64,000 nt of DNA, taken from assembly GCA_025356665.1 (NCBI GenBank), contig JANXRV010000123.1, positions 8,113 through 72,112 of the forward strand, read 5' to 3'. Shown here piece by piece: positions 1 through 9,017 of the stretch. Source of the DNA: Pseudomonadota bacterium. GTDB taxonomy: Bacteria > Pseudomonadota > Gammaproteobacteria > Burkholderiales > SG8-39. Numbering within the stretch: the first letter of the stretch is position 1; each line of letters opens with the position of its first letter. Below the pieces are notes generated by a model, which did no database searches, was not told the DNA's origin, and was given only the letters and a program-made list of their open reading frames with translations. A program made the translations under genes and the position numbers.

Positions 1-1
1 C

Positions 2-682
2 GAGAAAATCAGTGCGATAGACTGGAAGCCCGGCTCCGTGCGCGTCACCACCGCCGGCGGCGAGTGGGCGGGTGATTGCGCCGTCGTGACCCTGCCGGTG
101 GGCGTGTTGCGCAATGGCGACGTGCAGTTCACGCCGGCCCTGCCCGCGTCGTTTACCGCCTCTCTGGGGCGTCTGCGCATGGGGCTGTTCAACAAGGTCT
201 GCCTGAGCTTTCCGGAGGCCTTCTGGGATACCAAGCTTGATTTCCTGACCTATTACTCCGACCCGGCGCCGCTTTGCTATGCGTGGCTGAACCTCACGCG
301 CTACAACGGCGCGCCGGCGCTGGTGGGCTTTACCTCCGGCAGCGCGGCGCGGCAACTCGAGTCCATGACTGACGATGCGATCGTCGCCAATGTGATGCAG
401 CGCATACGCACGCGCGGTGGCAGCGCCGTGGCGGGAAGTCGCAGTGTTCCGGACCCGGTGCAGGTGCGCATATCGCGCTGGGCGGCCGATCCGCTTGCGC
501 GCGGTTCCTATTCCTTCCTGGGTCTGGGTGGCTCGGGTTCTGATCGCGACCGGCTCGCCGTTCCGGTCGGCAACACACTGTTTTTCGCCGGCGAGGCCAC
601 GCATCGCACCGACCCGGCGAGCGTGCACGGTGCCTGGTGGTCGGGCCAGCGTGCCGCGGCGCAAATCCGCGCGTTGGCGTAG
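2..682 (+). CDS. Flavin-containing amine oxidase family protein, 5'-truncated by the window edge
   Basis: Frame is open from base 2. C-terminal motifs VVTLPVGVL, RWAADPLARGSYS and LFFAGEATH...VHGAWWSG are typical of flavin monoamine/polyamine oxidases. Confidence 0.88.
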   Translation, partial: EKISAIDWKPGSVRVTTAGGEWAGDCAVVTLPVGVLRNGDVQFTPALPASFTASLGRLRMGLFNKVCLSFPEAFWDTKLDFLTYYSDPAPLCYAWLNLTRYNGAPALVGFTSGSAARQLESMTDDAIVANVMQRIRTRGGSAVAGSRSVPDPVQVRISRWAADPLARGSYSFLGLGGSGSDRDRLAVPVGNTLFFAGEATHRTDPASVHGAWWSGQRAAAQIRALA

Positions 683-766
683 CGGCGTCCCGGCGGCCGC
701 TTCGCCGCCGATTGCCGCTGGAGTGTCAGTGAAATCTGGTGCAATGGCTCGAAAGCCTCGCCTCGC

Positions 767-1555
767 CTCGGCAGGGCGGTGCTGCGCACGCGTGACCTTG
801 TCGGTGCCCGCGCCCAGGCTGCGATAGCCGAACTGCGACTTCACCACGCGCAGGCCGTAGACGTCGCGCGCGGGCAGGCCGAGCGAACGCGCCATGCCGA
901 CGTAGAGCGCATTGAGGTCGGCGCACTTGCCGCCCAGGTTGCCCGTTTCGAGCATGCTCTTGATGTCGCCGACGCCGCAGCCGCGTGTCTTCGGGTCGCG
1001 GAAAGTGTTGTCGACGATCCAGTCGTAGAGGGCGCGCGCCTTGTCCAGGTCGGTCTTGGCGCCGCGCGTGGCTTCGCGCGCCTTGGCGCGGACGATGCCG
1101 TCGGTGGGCAGCAGTTCGGTGGGGGCGGTATAAAAGGCGCGGTCGGCGGGCGACAGCGCTTCGACCTTGCCCGGCTTGCTCAGGTCGATGGCGCGGTCAC
1201 GCGTGGCGAAGCTGCTGGTCATTTCGATGACCGGGTCTTTCACCGACTCGTTGCATTCGGCGTAGAGCATGGCCGCGCCGTATTTTTTGTCGTGCACGAG
1301 CTCGCTGCGCGTGGCGTTGCCCGACCAGGTGTTGCCATAGGTGCGCTGCCATGCCGCGTCGATCGAGGGCGCGGGCAGCCACACACGGTTTATGCCCTAG
1401 GGGAACACCAGTTCGACGCGCATGGTGGTTTCGAAGCGGCGCCAGGTTTTGGCGGCTTTGGGTTCGAACGGCAGCTGTTGTGCGAAAGCCTGCCGCGGCA
1501 GCGCGCAGGCGAGGGGCAGGCTGGCGCCGGCGAGAAGGACGGTGGGTCTTTGCAT
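767..1555 (-). pseudogene. Transglutaminase-like (Cys protease fold) exported protein, disrupted
   Basis: Manual minus-strand translation from ATG 1555 gives MQRPTVLLAG...WRRFETTMRVELVFP*GINRVWLP...RGCGVGD...GGKCADLNALYVGMARSLGLPARDVYGLRV...TRAQH. In-frame TAG at 1399-1397; homology ends just after AQH. Confidence 0.8.
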
Positions 1556-1720
1556 GTTTAGTCTCCGCGGACAATGGCAGTAAAGGTGCCGGTTGTGTAA
1601 GTCCAGGCGTTCACCCCGGGGGGGTAAAGGCCTCGCGCGGAGCGCAGCGTCGGAACCGCACCCGCAGGGACGGGGCGCGCGAAAGGGCGCCCTGACTGTT
1701 TGTCTGTTCCGCTGCTTGGC

Positions 1721-1749
1721 TGGCTGGAAAAGCCCGGTGAAACGCGGGT
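1721..1749. repeat. Partial copy of the GGCTGGAAACCC...GGGTTTCCAGCC REP-like family
   Basis: tggctggaaaagcccggtgaaacgcgggt resembles the left arm of the copies at 41357, 42461 and 48887. Confidence 0.4.
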
Positions 1750-1755
1750 GCGAGG

Positions 1756-2337
1756 CTAATTCACCGGTTTGAGCAATTGTTCGATTGCCGTTTTTATCTC
1801 GGCCGAGTCCCAGGCCAGTTCACCGTAGGCGGCGTGGCGTATGCGCTGGGCCCGGTCGATGATCAGCGTGGTCGGGAGCAGTTTTACCTTCCACGCCTTC
1901 GCCACCGCGCTGTCGCGATCGAGTAGCAGCGGGAAGCGCACCGGCGTTTTCTGCAGGAAGGCGCGCACCCTGGGCTCGCTGTCGGCCATGTCCACGCCCA
2001 GCAGCACGAAGGGGAAGGGCCGACCGGCCATGTGATCGGCGAGCCGTTGCAGCGAGGGCATTTCCTCGCGGCAGGGCTCGCACCGGCTTGCCCAGAAGTT
2101 GATGACCACGACCTTGCCACGATAATCGGCGAGGCGGTGCTCGCGTCCGTCGAGGTCGCGCAGCGCCAGCGGCGGCGCGGCGCCCGGGCCTTTCCAAGGC
2201 AATAGTTCCGCGGCCACGGTATTGCCCGGCGTGAGGAGCGTGACTAGCGTTGCCAGCGTGAACAGGCCAAGCAGGCACAGCAGCACACCGGCCGCGCCGG
2301 CTCGGATACCATAGCGCAGCACACCATGACAGCCCAT
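1756..2337 (-). CDS. TlpA/ResA-family thiol-disulfide oxidoreductase
   Basis: LADYRGKVVVINFWASRCEPCREEMP (CxxC), N-terminal hydrophobic anchor, LPTTLIID cis-Pro loop. Start uncertain (2337 or 2346). Confidence 0.88.
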   Translation of the reverse strand: MGCHGVLRYGIRAGAAGVLLCLLGLFTLATLVTLLTPGNTVAAELLPWKGPGAAPPLALRDLDGREHRLADYRGKVVVINFWASRCEPCREEMPSLQRLADHMAGRPFPFVLLGVDMADSEPRVRAFLQKTPVRFPLLLDRDSAVAKAWKVKLLPTTLIIDRAQRIRHAAYGELAWDSAEIKTAIEQLLKPVN

Positions 2338-2535
2338 CCCGCCCATCCCGTCCAACGCATGCATTGCGCCCACGTCAAGGGTTTTGCCGTGGCTTGCTAC
2401 CAGAAGGTGTTTGATCATCGTGGGGGCGAAGTTCGCATCATGGCGATCAAGCTGCTCGGCCATGATGTGCGCTAGCTGGAGGCCAAAGGCCAAAGGCCGG
2501 CCATCCCTGCCGCACGAGCGTGTCCGGGTGAGCGC

Positions 2536-3279
2536 ATGAGCGCGGGCGGCTTTTTCGGCGGAAGCCGCGCCGCCCTGCCGGTTGTGCTCGGTTACCTGTC
2601 CATCGGCTTTGCCGCCGGCGTGGTGCAGCGCGCGGCCGGCCTTTCAGTGGCCGAGGTCATGCTGCTGTCGCTGCTGCTCTACGCCGGCTCGGCGCAGTTC
2701 GTGGTGGCGAGCCTGATCGCAACGGCGGTGTCGCCTGCAACGGCCATTGTCACGGTGTTTTTCGTCAACCTGCGCCATTTGCTGCTGGCCTCGGCGCTGG
2801 CGCCGCATTGCCGCAACTTCCCGGTGTGGCAGAACGCGCTGATCGGCGCGCAGCTCACCGATGAGACCTTTGTCGTCGCCTGGGGCAGGCTTACCGCCGC
2901 AGGCGCCACGCCAACAATGGCCGGGCCGGATGCATTCACGGCACGCTGGATGTTTGGCCTCAACGTGTCTGCCTACGCCGCCTGGGCGCTGGCGAATCTG
3001 GCCGGGGCGCTGTTGGGCGGGCGCGTCGGCGGTACGCGCGCGCTTGGCTTTGATTTTGCGCTGGCCGCGATGTTCGGCGCGCTGCTGGTGTTGCAACTGG
3101 CCGCGCAGCCTCGTGCGGCACGAACAACCGGCCTTGCCGTCGCCGCGCTGGCGGCGCTGTTTTCGGTCATGGCGGCGCTGGCGCTGCCGGGCAACTGGAA
3201 TATTCTCATCGCCACCCTTGTCGCGGCCACCGCCGGGCTTTTTTTGCAAAAATGGAAATCCGCGAATACGTCCTGCTGA
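2536..3279 (+). CDS. azlC: AzlC-family branched-chain amino acid exporter subunit
   Basis: LYAGSAQF, VNLRHLL and LTDETF motifs; hydrophobic protein. Confidence 0.9.
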   Translation: MSAGGFFGGSRAALPVVLGYLSIGFAAGVVQRAAGLSVAEVMLLSLLLYAGSAQFVVASLIATAVSPATAIVTVFFVNLRHLLLASALAPHCRNFPVWQNALIGAQLTDETFVVAWGRLTAAGATPTMAGPDAFTARWMFGLNVSAYAAWALANLAGALLGGRVGGTRALGFDFALAAMFGALLVLQLAAQPRAARTTGLAVAALAALFSVMAALALPGNWNILIATLVAATAGLFLQKWKSANTSC

Positions 3280-3584
3280 TCGCATTCGGCTGTGCCGGCG
3301 TGACGCTGCCGCCACGGGTGCTTCCGCTGGTGTTGCTGGCGCGCGTGGCGCTGCCGCCATGGCTGCGCATCTGGTTGTCACAGGTTCCGGTTGCGATCAT
3401 GGCGGCGCTGCTGGCGCAGGAGCTCGCGATCGGGGGAGGGCGCTTGCTGCCCCTCGCGCATAACACGGCGCTGCTCGCCATCCTGCCGGTGCTGCTGGTG
3501 GCGGCCCTGACACGCAGCCTGATAGGGGCGGTGGCGGCGGGTGTCGCGTCTATGGCCTTATTGCGGGCCTTGGCCATGAGCTGA
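3252..3584 (+). CDS. azlD: AzlD-family small membrane subunit
   Basis: 110-aa hydrophobic protein with VTLPPRVLP and VPVAIMAALL, overlapping azlC. Confidence 0.85.
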   Translation: MEIREYVLLIAFGCAGVTLPPRVLPLVLLARVALPPWLRIWLSQVPVAIMAALLAQELAIGGGRLLPLAHNTALLAILPVLLVAALTRSLIGAVAAGVASMALLRALAMS

Positions 3585-3700
3585 AGCGGGTCGTATGCCC
3601 GCCCAGAGACCAGCCATCGAGTTCGACACGCTTGCGCGCAGGCATCGCGGCGCGCACGAATCTCTCGGCGAGGCCGGGCTGATGGTCAATGATCGGACCA

Positions 3701-3805
3701 GGGCGGATTAAGGTGGACTAAGGTGGACTAAGGCGGACTAAGGTGGACTAAGGCGAACCCAGGCGAACCCAGGCGAACTAAGGCGAATTAAGGCGAACCC
3801 AGGCG
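3701..3805. repeat. 10-bp tandem repeat, about 10.5 copies (aggYgRacYN)
   Basis: gggcggatta aggtggacta aggtggacta aggcggacta aggtggacta aggcgaaccc aggcgaaccc aggcgaacta aggcgaatta aggcgaaccc aggcg. Confidence 0.95.
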
Positions 3806-3854
3806 CTTTGTGCGGAGCAGCGGCCTGCGGCGATTTTTTGCCGTTTCCCCAATG

Positions 3855-3892
3855 AAAAAGGCGTCGCCGCTCCCGCGGGGACGCCTTTTTTT
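3855..3892. terminator. Bidirectional intrinsic terminator
   Basis: aaaaaggcgtc...gacgccttttttt hairpin with A and T tracts, between convergent azlD and the SWIB gene. Confidence 0.8.
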
Positions 3893-3907
3893 ACCGGCTT
3901 GCTGCTG

Positions 3908-4255
3908 TTACTTGAGCAGCTTGCTGACCAGCTTGGTCAGTTCGAACATCGAGACCTGCTTCTTGCCACCGAACACGTCTTTGAGTTTATCGTCGGCGTT
4001 GATGTTGCGACGGTTCTTCTCATCTTGGAGCTTGTTCTTCTTGATGTAAGCCCAGACTTTTTTCGTCACTTCGGTCCGCGGCATCGGGGTCGAGCCGATG
4101 ACTGCAATCAGAGCGCCTGTCGGGTTGACCGGCTTCATGAATGCTGCATTAGGCTTTCTCGCCGTTTTTTTCTTTGCGGGCTTTTTTGCAACCGTTTTCT
4201 TTACGACTTTTTTTGCAACCGTTTTTTTCGCAGCAACTTTTTTCTTCGTGGCCAT
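3908..4255 (-). CDS. SWIB/MDM2-domain protein with a histone H1-like Lys/Ala-rich N-terminal tail
   Basis: Repeated AKKTVAKK segments followed by PNAAFMKP...PRTEVTKKVWAYIKKNKLQD..NRRNINADDKL...VSMFELTKL. Confidence 0.92.
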   Translation of the reverse strand: MATKKKVAAKKTVAKKVVKKTVAKKPAKKKTARKPNAAFMKPVNPTGALIAVIGSTPMPRTEVTKKVWAYIKKNKLQDEKNRRNINADDKLKDVFGGKKQVSMFELTKLVSKLLK

Positions 4256-4580
4256 GAGAATCTCCCTCTAAAAATTAAATCGAACAAGAATCATGCTAGT
4301 GGATTCAAGCAAAATATTCAACTGAGAACCCCCCCAGTGAAATCGTGCATTCGGAGGATGCTTCACTCTGTGCACCTTGTCAATCGCCCAAAGCGGGTAT
4401 TTCATAGGGGGCGCAGAGGGCGGAACGACCGGGCAAGGCGATATGCGTGTCCGCGCCCTCCTCTGGTGAGTCCTTTTTACAGGCTCTGTTTCATGGGCGA
4501 AGCATCGATTCTCCCTCTATAATCTTGCGCAGCCATACGGCAGTCGCGGCTTTGCCGCGCCCGCAGTGGCCCCGGAACGC

Positions 4581-5762
4581 ATGGACGCCACCAAGAAGAA
4601 CGTCTCGCTGCTCGCCGCCTGCCAGGCGCTGCTGTTCACCAACAACTCCACCGTCATCGCGCTCAACGGCCTCGCCGGATACGCGCTTGCGTCGAACAAG
4701 GCCTTCGCCACACTGCCGGTGACCGGCTGGGTGGTGGGGGCGGCGCTGAGCACCGTGCCCGCCTCGATGCTGATGCGCCGCTTCGGACGCCGCGCCGGTT
4801 TCACCGTCGGCGCGGTGACCGGGATACTGGGGGCGCTGATCTGCTCGCTCGCGCTGTGGCTCTCCAGTTTCTGGTTGCTGTGCTGCGGCACGATAGTGTT
4901 CGGTGTCTACAACGCCTTCGGGCAGTATTACCGCTTTGCCGCCGCCGACGCTTCCAAGTCCGATTTCAAGGCGCGGGCGATTTCGCTGGTTCTTGCGGGG
5001 GGGCTGGTCGGGGGCATTGTCGGGCCGCAGTTCAGCCAGCGCACGGTCGACCTCTTCACGACGCAATATATGGGTGCCTACCTGTCGCTGATTTTTTTCC
5101 TCGTCATCGTGATCGTGTTGTTGCGCTGGCTGGACATTCCGCCGCCGAGCGAGGCAGAACTGGCCGGACCGGTCAGGCCGATGCGCGAGATCGCCGTGCA
5201 GCCGGCGTTTTTTGTGGCGGTGACCGCCGCCACCGTTGGTTACGGCGTGATGAACCTGCTGATGGTTTCGACGCCCCTCGCGATGGGCTTTTGCGGGCAT
5301 CCGTTTGGTGATGCGGCGACGGTCATAGGCTGGCACGTCATCGGCATGTTCGGGCCTTCGTTCTTCACCGGCTCATTGATCAAGCGCTTTGGCGTGTTGA
5401 GCGTCATGTTCGTTGGCGCGCTGATCCTTTATGTCTGCGTCGCCATCGCGCTCTCGGGCATCACCGTCGCGCATTTCTGGGCGTCGATGGTGCTGCTGGG
5501 CATTGGCTGGAATTTTCTCTACATCGGTGGCACCACGCTGCTCACCGAGAGCTACCGCCCTTCTGAAAAGGCCAAGGTGCAGGGTATCAACGACATGATC
5601 ATTTTCGTGACCATGGCGACAACCTCGTTTTCCTCCGGCCTGCTGCTCGATCGAAACGGTTGGGACACGATCAATTACCTCGCGCTGCCCTTCATTTCCA
5701 TCGCTGTCGTAGGCTTGCTGTGGATGATGATCGTGCGTCGCGGGCAGGCGATGGCGGCCTGA
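4581..5762 (+). CDS. MFS transporter
   Basis: About 12 hydrophobic segments; MRRFGRRAGF loop, YRFAAAD and HVIGMFGPSFFTG motifs. Confidence 0.9.
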   Translation: MDATKKNVSLLAACQALLFTNNSTVIALNGLAGYALASNKAFATLPVTGWVVGAALSTVPASMLMRRFGRRAGFTVGAVTGILGALICSLALWLSSFWLLCCGTIVFGVYNAFGQYYRFAAADASKSDFKARAISLVLAGGLVGGIVGPQFSQRTVDLFTTQYMGAYLSLIFFLVIVIVLLRWLDIPPPSEAELAGPVRPMREIAVQPAFFVAVTAATVGYGVMNLLMVSTPLAMGFCGHPFGDAATVIGWHVIGMFGPSFFTGSLIKRFGVLSVMFVGALILYVCVAIALSGITVAHFWASMVLLGIGWNFLYIGGTTLLTESYRPSEKAKVQGINDMIIFVTMATTSFSSGLLLDRNGWDTINYLALPFISIAVVGLLWMMIVRRGQAMAA

Positions 5763-5809
5763 TTTTCCGGCCTTGTTTTGCTCTTCGGTGTGTTCAAGGA
5801 GATGACGGT

Positions 5810-6796
5810 ATGAAGCAACTGGACCCGCAGGTGCGGGCTCTGCTTGAGGCGGCGGCGCGCTCGGATGCCCCGCTGTTGCAATCGCTCAGCCCGGTGGCGG
5901 CGCGCGAGCAATATCTGCGTTCGCGGGCGCCGGTGCGCCCGCCCACCCCCGATGTTGAGTCGGTGCGCGATCTTCTCATGCCGGGGCCGGGCGGGGCGCT
6001 GGCGCTGCGCCTTTATCGCGGACTCGGAACGGCGTCCGGCGCCAGGCTGCCTGCGGTGGTGTATTTCCACGGCGGCGGCTGGGTCGTTGGCGACCTGTAT
6101 AGCCATGATGTAGTTTGCCGGCAGCTTGCCAACGCGGCGCACTGTGCCGTGATCGCGGTCGATTACCGCCTGGCGCCCGAGCACAAATTTCCCGCCGCGG
6201 TTGATGACAGCATTGCCGCCGTGCGCTGGGTTGCGGCGCAGGCGGGCGAACTGGGCCTGGACCTGGCGCGCATTGCCGTTGCCGGCGACAGCGCCGGCGC
6301 CAATCTCGCCGCGGCGGCGGCGCTAAGCTTGCGCGACCAGCCCCAGCCCGGAGATCCGCAACTGATAATGCAACTGCTGGTCTATCCGGTGACCGACCAG
6401 GGGCTGGACACGCCGTCGGTCAGCGATTACGCCGAGGGTTACATGCTCACTCGCGCCGACATGGTCTGGTATCGCGGGCAGTATCTGCGCACTGACACCG
6501 ACATCGACGACTGGCGCGCCTCACCCTTGCGTGCCGCCGACCTGTCCGGGCTGCCGCCCGCCTATGTCATCACCGCCGGCTTTGACCCCTTGCTCGACGA
6601 GGGGCGCGCCTATGCGGACCGGCTGCGCGCCGCCGGCGTGGATGTGACCTACGAATGTTTCGAGGGCATGGTGCACGGCTTTCTCACCATGGGCGCCGTG
6701 CTCGCCGCGTCACCCCACGCCATTTCTCGCCTGGCGCAGGGTTTGACGCGGGAACTGGCGCGAACGGCCGAAGGGGTCAGGCCGCTGCGGCCATAG
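5810..6796 (+). CDS. HSL-family (Aes-like) alpha/beta hydrolase / esterase
   Basis: HGGG oxyanion motif, VDYRLAPEH, GDSAG nucleophile, DPLLD, HGF; AAGGAG RBS upstream of ATG 5810. Confidence 0.92.
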   Translation: MKQLDPQVRALLEAAARSDAPLLQSLSPVAAREQYLRSRAPVRPPTPDVESVRDLLMPGPGGALALRLYRGLGTASGARLPAVVYFHGGGWVVGDLYSHDVVCRQLANAAHCAVIAVDYRLAPEHKFPAAVDDSIAAVRWVAAQAGELGLDLARIAVAGDSAGANLAAAAALSLRDQPQPGDPQLIMQLLVYPVTDQGLDTPSVSDYAEGYMLTRADMVWYRGQYLRTDTDIDDWRASPLRAADLSGLPPAYVITAGFDPLLDEGRAYADRLRAAGVDVTYECFEGMVHGFLTMGAVLAASPHAISRLAQGLTRELARTAEGVRPLRP

Positions 6797-8054
6797 GCAT
6801 GGGCAGGATGGGCGAGTCGGCGTCGTAACGCTTGCCGGCAAGCAGGCAGAACACCGGCGAGAGATAACGCTCCGCGGTGACCTTGACGCGCAGGTTGTCT
6901 TGTAGCGTGAACTTGCCCGAAAGCAGGTCGATCACGCTGACGTCGGCGGCGCGGCCGACCGCAAGAGAGCCGATACTGTCGGACATGTTTACCAGCTCGG
7001 CGGCGTTGCTGGTCACCGTCTTCACCACGTCGTTGAGCGCCACGCCCAACGTCAGCAGTTCTGTCATGGCGTGCGTCAGGCCGAATGCGGCCACGCCAAA
7101 GAAAGGATTGGACTGGCGGTCGGTCTCGCTCATGCGAAAGGCGTTGTCCTCGGGCGGGCGCACGTTCAGGCCGTGCAGGTCGGCGCCAAGGGTGTAGGGG
7201 ATGATGCCCGCTTCGAGGGCTTTGCGTGCCATTTCGAAGGAAAAATGCGAGCCGTGGCCGACGTCAACGCGCACGCCCCGTGCTATCGCCTCCCAGACGA
7301 TGGGATGAACCTTGCCCTCGGCATTGATGAAGCCGCCCGGATGGCGCGTGAACGGGTGGGCCAGCACGTCGCCGGCCTTGACCAGGGGCACCATCTGGCG
7401 CACCAGTTCGTCGGCGTCCATCACCATGTGGTCCTTGGTCGGCCACAGCTGGCCGAGGTGGACGTAGACCGGCAGCTTGGCTTCGCGGCCGATCTGCGCC
7501 GAGAGCTTCATCACCTCGACGCCCCAGCGCGACGCGCCGCCGATTTCGGCGTGGGCCTTGACGCCCTTGACGATGTCCGGGTTCTCGAGCGCGACGCGCA
7601 CGGTGTGCTCGACATTGACGCAGGAGGGCTGGTAGAGGTCGGGGTAGAGGTGGCCCTCAAGGCCGCCGGCAAGGTAGGACGAGATGAATGCGACGACGCG
7701 GCTCTTGGCCGGTTCGACGATGAATTTGCGGAAACCGGGCAGCGTCATGCAGCTGGGGCCGCCCTGGTCGATGAGCGTGGTCACGCCCGAGCGCACGCCG
7801 ACCAGATCGGGGTTGAGGCCGAAGGTGCCCGTCACGTATTGGTAGACGTGGGCGTGCGTGTCGATGAGCCCGGGCAGCACCAGCTTGTCCTTGACGTCGA
7901 TCACCGTCGTTCCTGCGCCTGGTGTCGGTGTCAGGCCGGCGGCGAGCGCGGCGATTTTGCCATCGCGGATGCCCACGTCCAGCAGGGCGTCGATGTTTTG
8001 CGCCGGATCAATGACGCGGCCGCCGCGCAGAATGGTGTCGAATTGTTGGCTCAT
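6777..8054 (-). CDS. Amidohydrolase/deacetylase-family metallohydrolase (dihydroorotase-like)
   Basis: PGLIDTHAH, GVTTLIDQG, GVKAH, VHLG, DVGHG, GADLH and GSLAVGRAADV motifs. Confidence 0.88.
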   Translation of the reverse strand: MSQQFDTILRGGRVIDPAQNIDALLDVGIRDGKIAALAAGLTPTPGAGTTVIDVKDKLVLPGLIDTHAHVYQYVTGTFGLNPDLVGVRSGVTTLIDQGGPSCMTLPGFRKFIVEPAKSRVVAFISSYLAGGLEGHLYPDLYQPSCVNVEHTVRVALENPDIVKGVKAHAEIGGASRWGVEVMKLSAQIGREAKLPVYVHLGQLWPTKDHMVMDADELVRQMVPLVKAGDVLAHPFTRHPGGFINAEGKVHPIVWEAIARGVRVDVGHGSHFSFEMARKALEAGIIPYTLGADLHGLNVRPPEDNAFRMSETDRQSNPFFGVAAFGLTHAMTELLTLGVALNDVVKTVTSNAAELVNMSDSIGSLAVGRAADVSVIDLLSGKFTLQDNLRVKVTAERYLSPVFCLLAGKRYDADSPILPMPMAAAA

Positions 8055-8096
8055 GCTTGTCTCCGTTGCTGGTGGGCAGAAAATCCGGGCGCTGCC

Positions 8097-8152
8097 GGTG
8101 TTTGGTCGGTGTTTGGTCGACGTTTTGGTCGATGTTTGGTCGATGTTTGGTC
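8097..8152. repeat. 11-12-bp tandem repeat, 5 copies (RRYgtttggtc)
   Basis: ggtgtttggtc ggtgtttggtc gacgttttggtc gatgtttggtc gatgtttggtc, upstream of the amidohydrolase. Confidence 0.9.
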
Positions 8153-8165
8153 ATTGTACTAACAA
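8150..8165. promoter_or_regulatory. Putative MarR operator (GTCATTGTACTAACAA)
   Basis: 15/16 identical to 23602-23617; imperfect palindrome lying between the divergent amidohydrolase and marR genes. Confidence 0.6.
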
Positions 8166-8306
8166 TATTGCCGCTTGCTCAATGCCCGGCGCGCACCGCG
8201 CCTGATTTCGGGGCTGCTGTCGTGTCGCGGCAGGCATGCGAGAATGCCACCCTACACTACTCTTTGCAGCGGGCGGCCCCTACCGCCAATGAAAACCTCC
8301 CGAACC

Positions 8307-8819
8307 ATGAAGCAAAAAACAGCCCTCCCCCCGCCGCTTGTTCCCAGGCGCTCCGGCAAGCCCGCGCGCGAAGTGCTCAAGCGCCGCCCCGGTTTTTTGA
8401 TCCGGCGGTTGCACCAGATCCATACCTCCTTGTTTGCCGAGGAATGTGGGGAATTCGGCATCACGCCGGTGCAGTACAGTCTCATGACCGCCCTCTTGCT
8501 CCACGGCGAGGCGGACCAGGTGTCGCTTGCGGGCGAGGTGGGCATAGACCGCGCCAACACCACCGATGTGCTGCGCCGGCTAGAGGAGCGCGGCCTCATC
8601 GGCCGCAAAATGTCGGCCGAGGACAGTCGCGCCAAGCTGTGTACGCTGACGCGCGAGGGACGCAAGATGGCGATGGCGATGGAAAAGGCCGTGCGGCGCG
8701 CCCACGGGCGCACTGTGGCGCTGCTGCCGCCGGCAGAGCGCAAGGCGTTCTTGGGAAGCCTGCGCCGGCTGGTCGACGCCTATAACGATCTGGGGCGCAC
8801 CAGGCTGCGTCTCAAGTAA
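8307..8819 (+). CDS. MarR-family transcriptional regulator (PcaV/NicR-like)
   Basis: PGFLIRRLHQIH...GITPVQYSLM...DQVSLA..GIDRANTTDVLRRLEERGLI..EDSRAK winged HTH. Start at 8289 or 8307. Confidence 0.92.
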   Translation: MKQKTALPPPLVPRRSGKPAREVLKRRPGFLIRRLHQIHTSLFAEECGEFGITPVQYSLMTALLLHGEADQVSLAGEVGIDRANTTDVLRRLEERGLIGRKMSAEDSRAKLCTLTREGRKMAMAMEKAVRRAHGRTVALLPPAERKAFLGSLRRLVDAYNDLGRTRLRLK

Positions 8820-9017
8820 TGTCGCCAGGTAGGACGTCGGGCTTGAGGCATTCAGCCCGTGAGTTGTGATCTTAAGTATGTACACGAACCAAATAATCGC
8901 AGGGCAGTGCAACATCGGGCATACTTGTCGCGGTGCTTTTTTTCGATCGTCCCGCCGTTGATCGCAGGCCGGGTATGGTTTGCAATCCATTCATTCCAGG
9001 TTTGAGGTTCGTCGCGC

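Noticed and set aside
1397-1399. Pyrrolysine or recoded amber codon
   Set aside because: The gene has further lesions, other genes here end normally in TAG, and no pyl genes are visible.
779-1561. 260-aa plus-strand ORF
   Set aside because: Antisense shadow of the minus-strand transglutaminase pseudogene.
3701-3805. CRISPR array
   Set aside because: The units are contiguous 10-mers with no unique spacers, and there are no cas genes.
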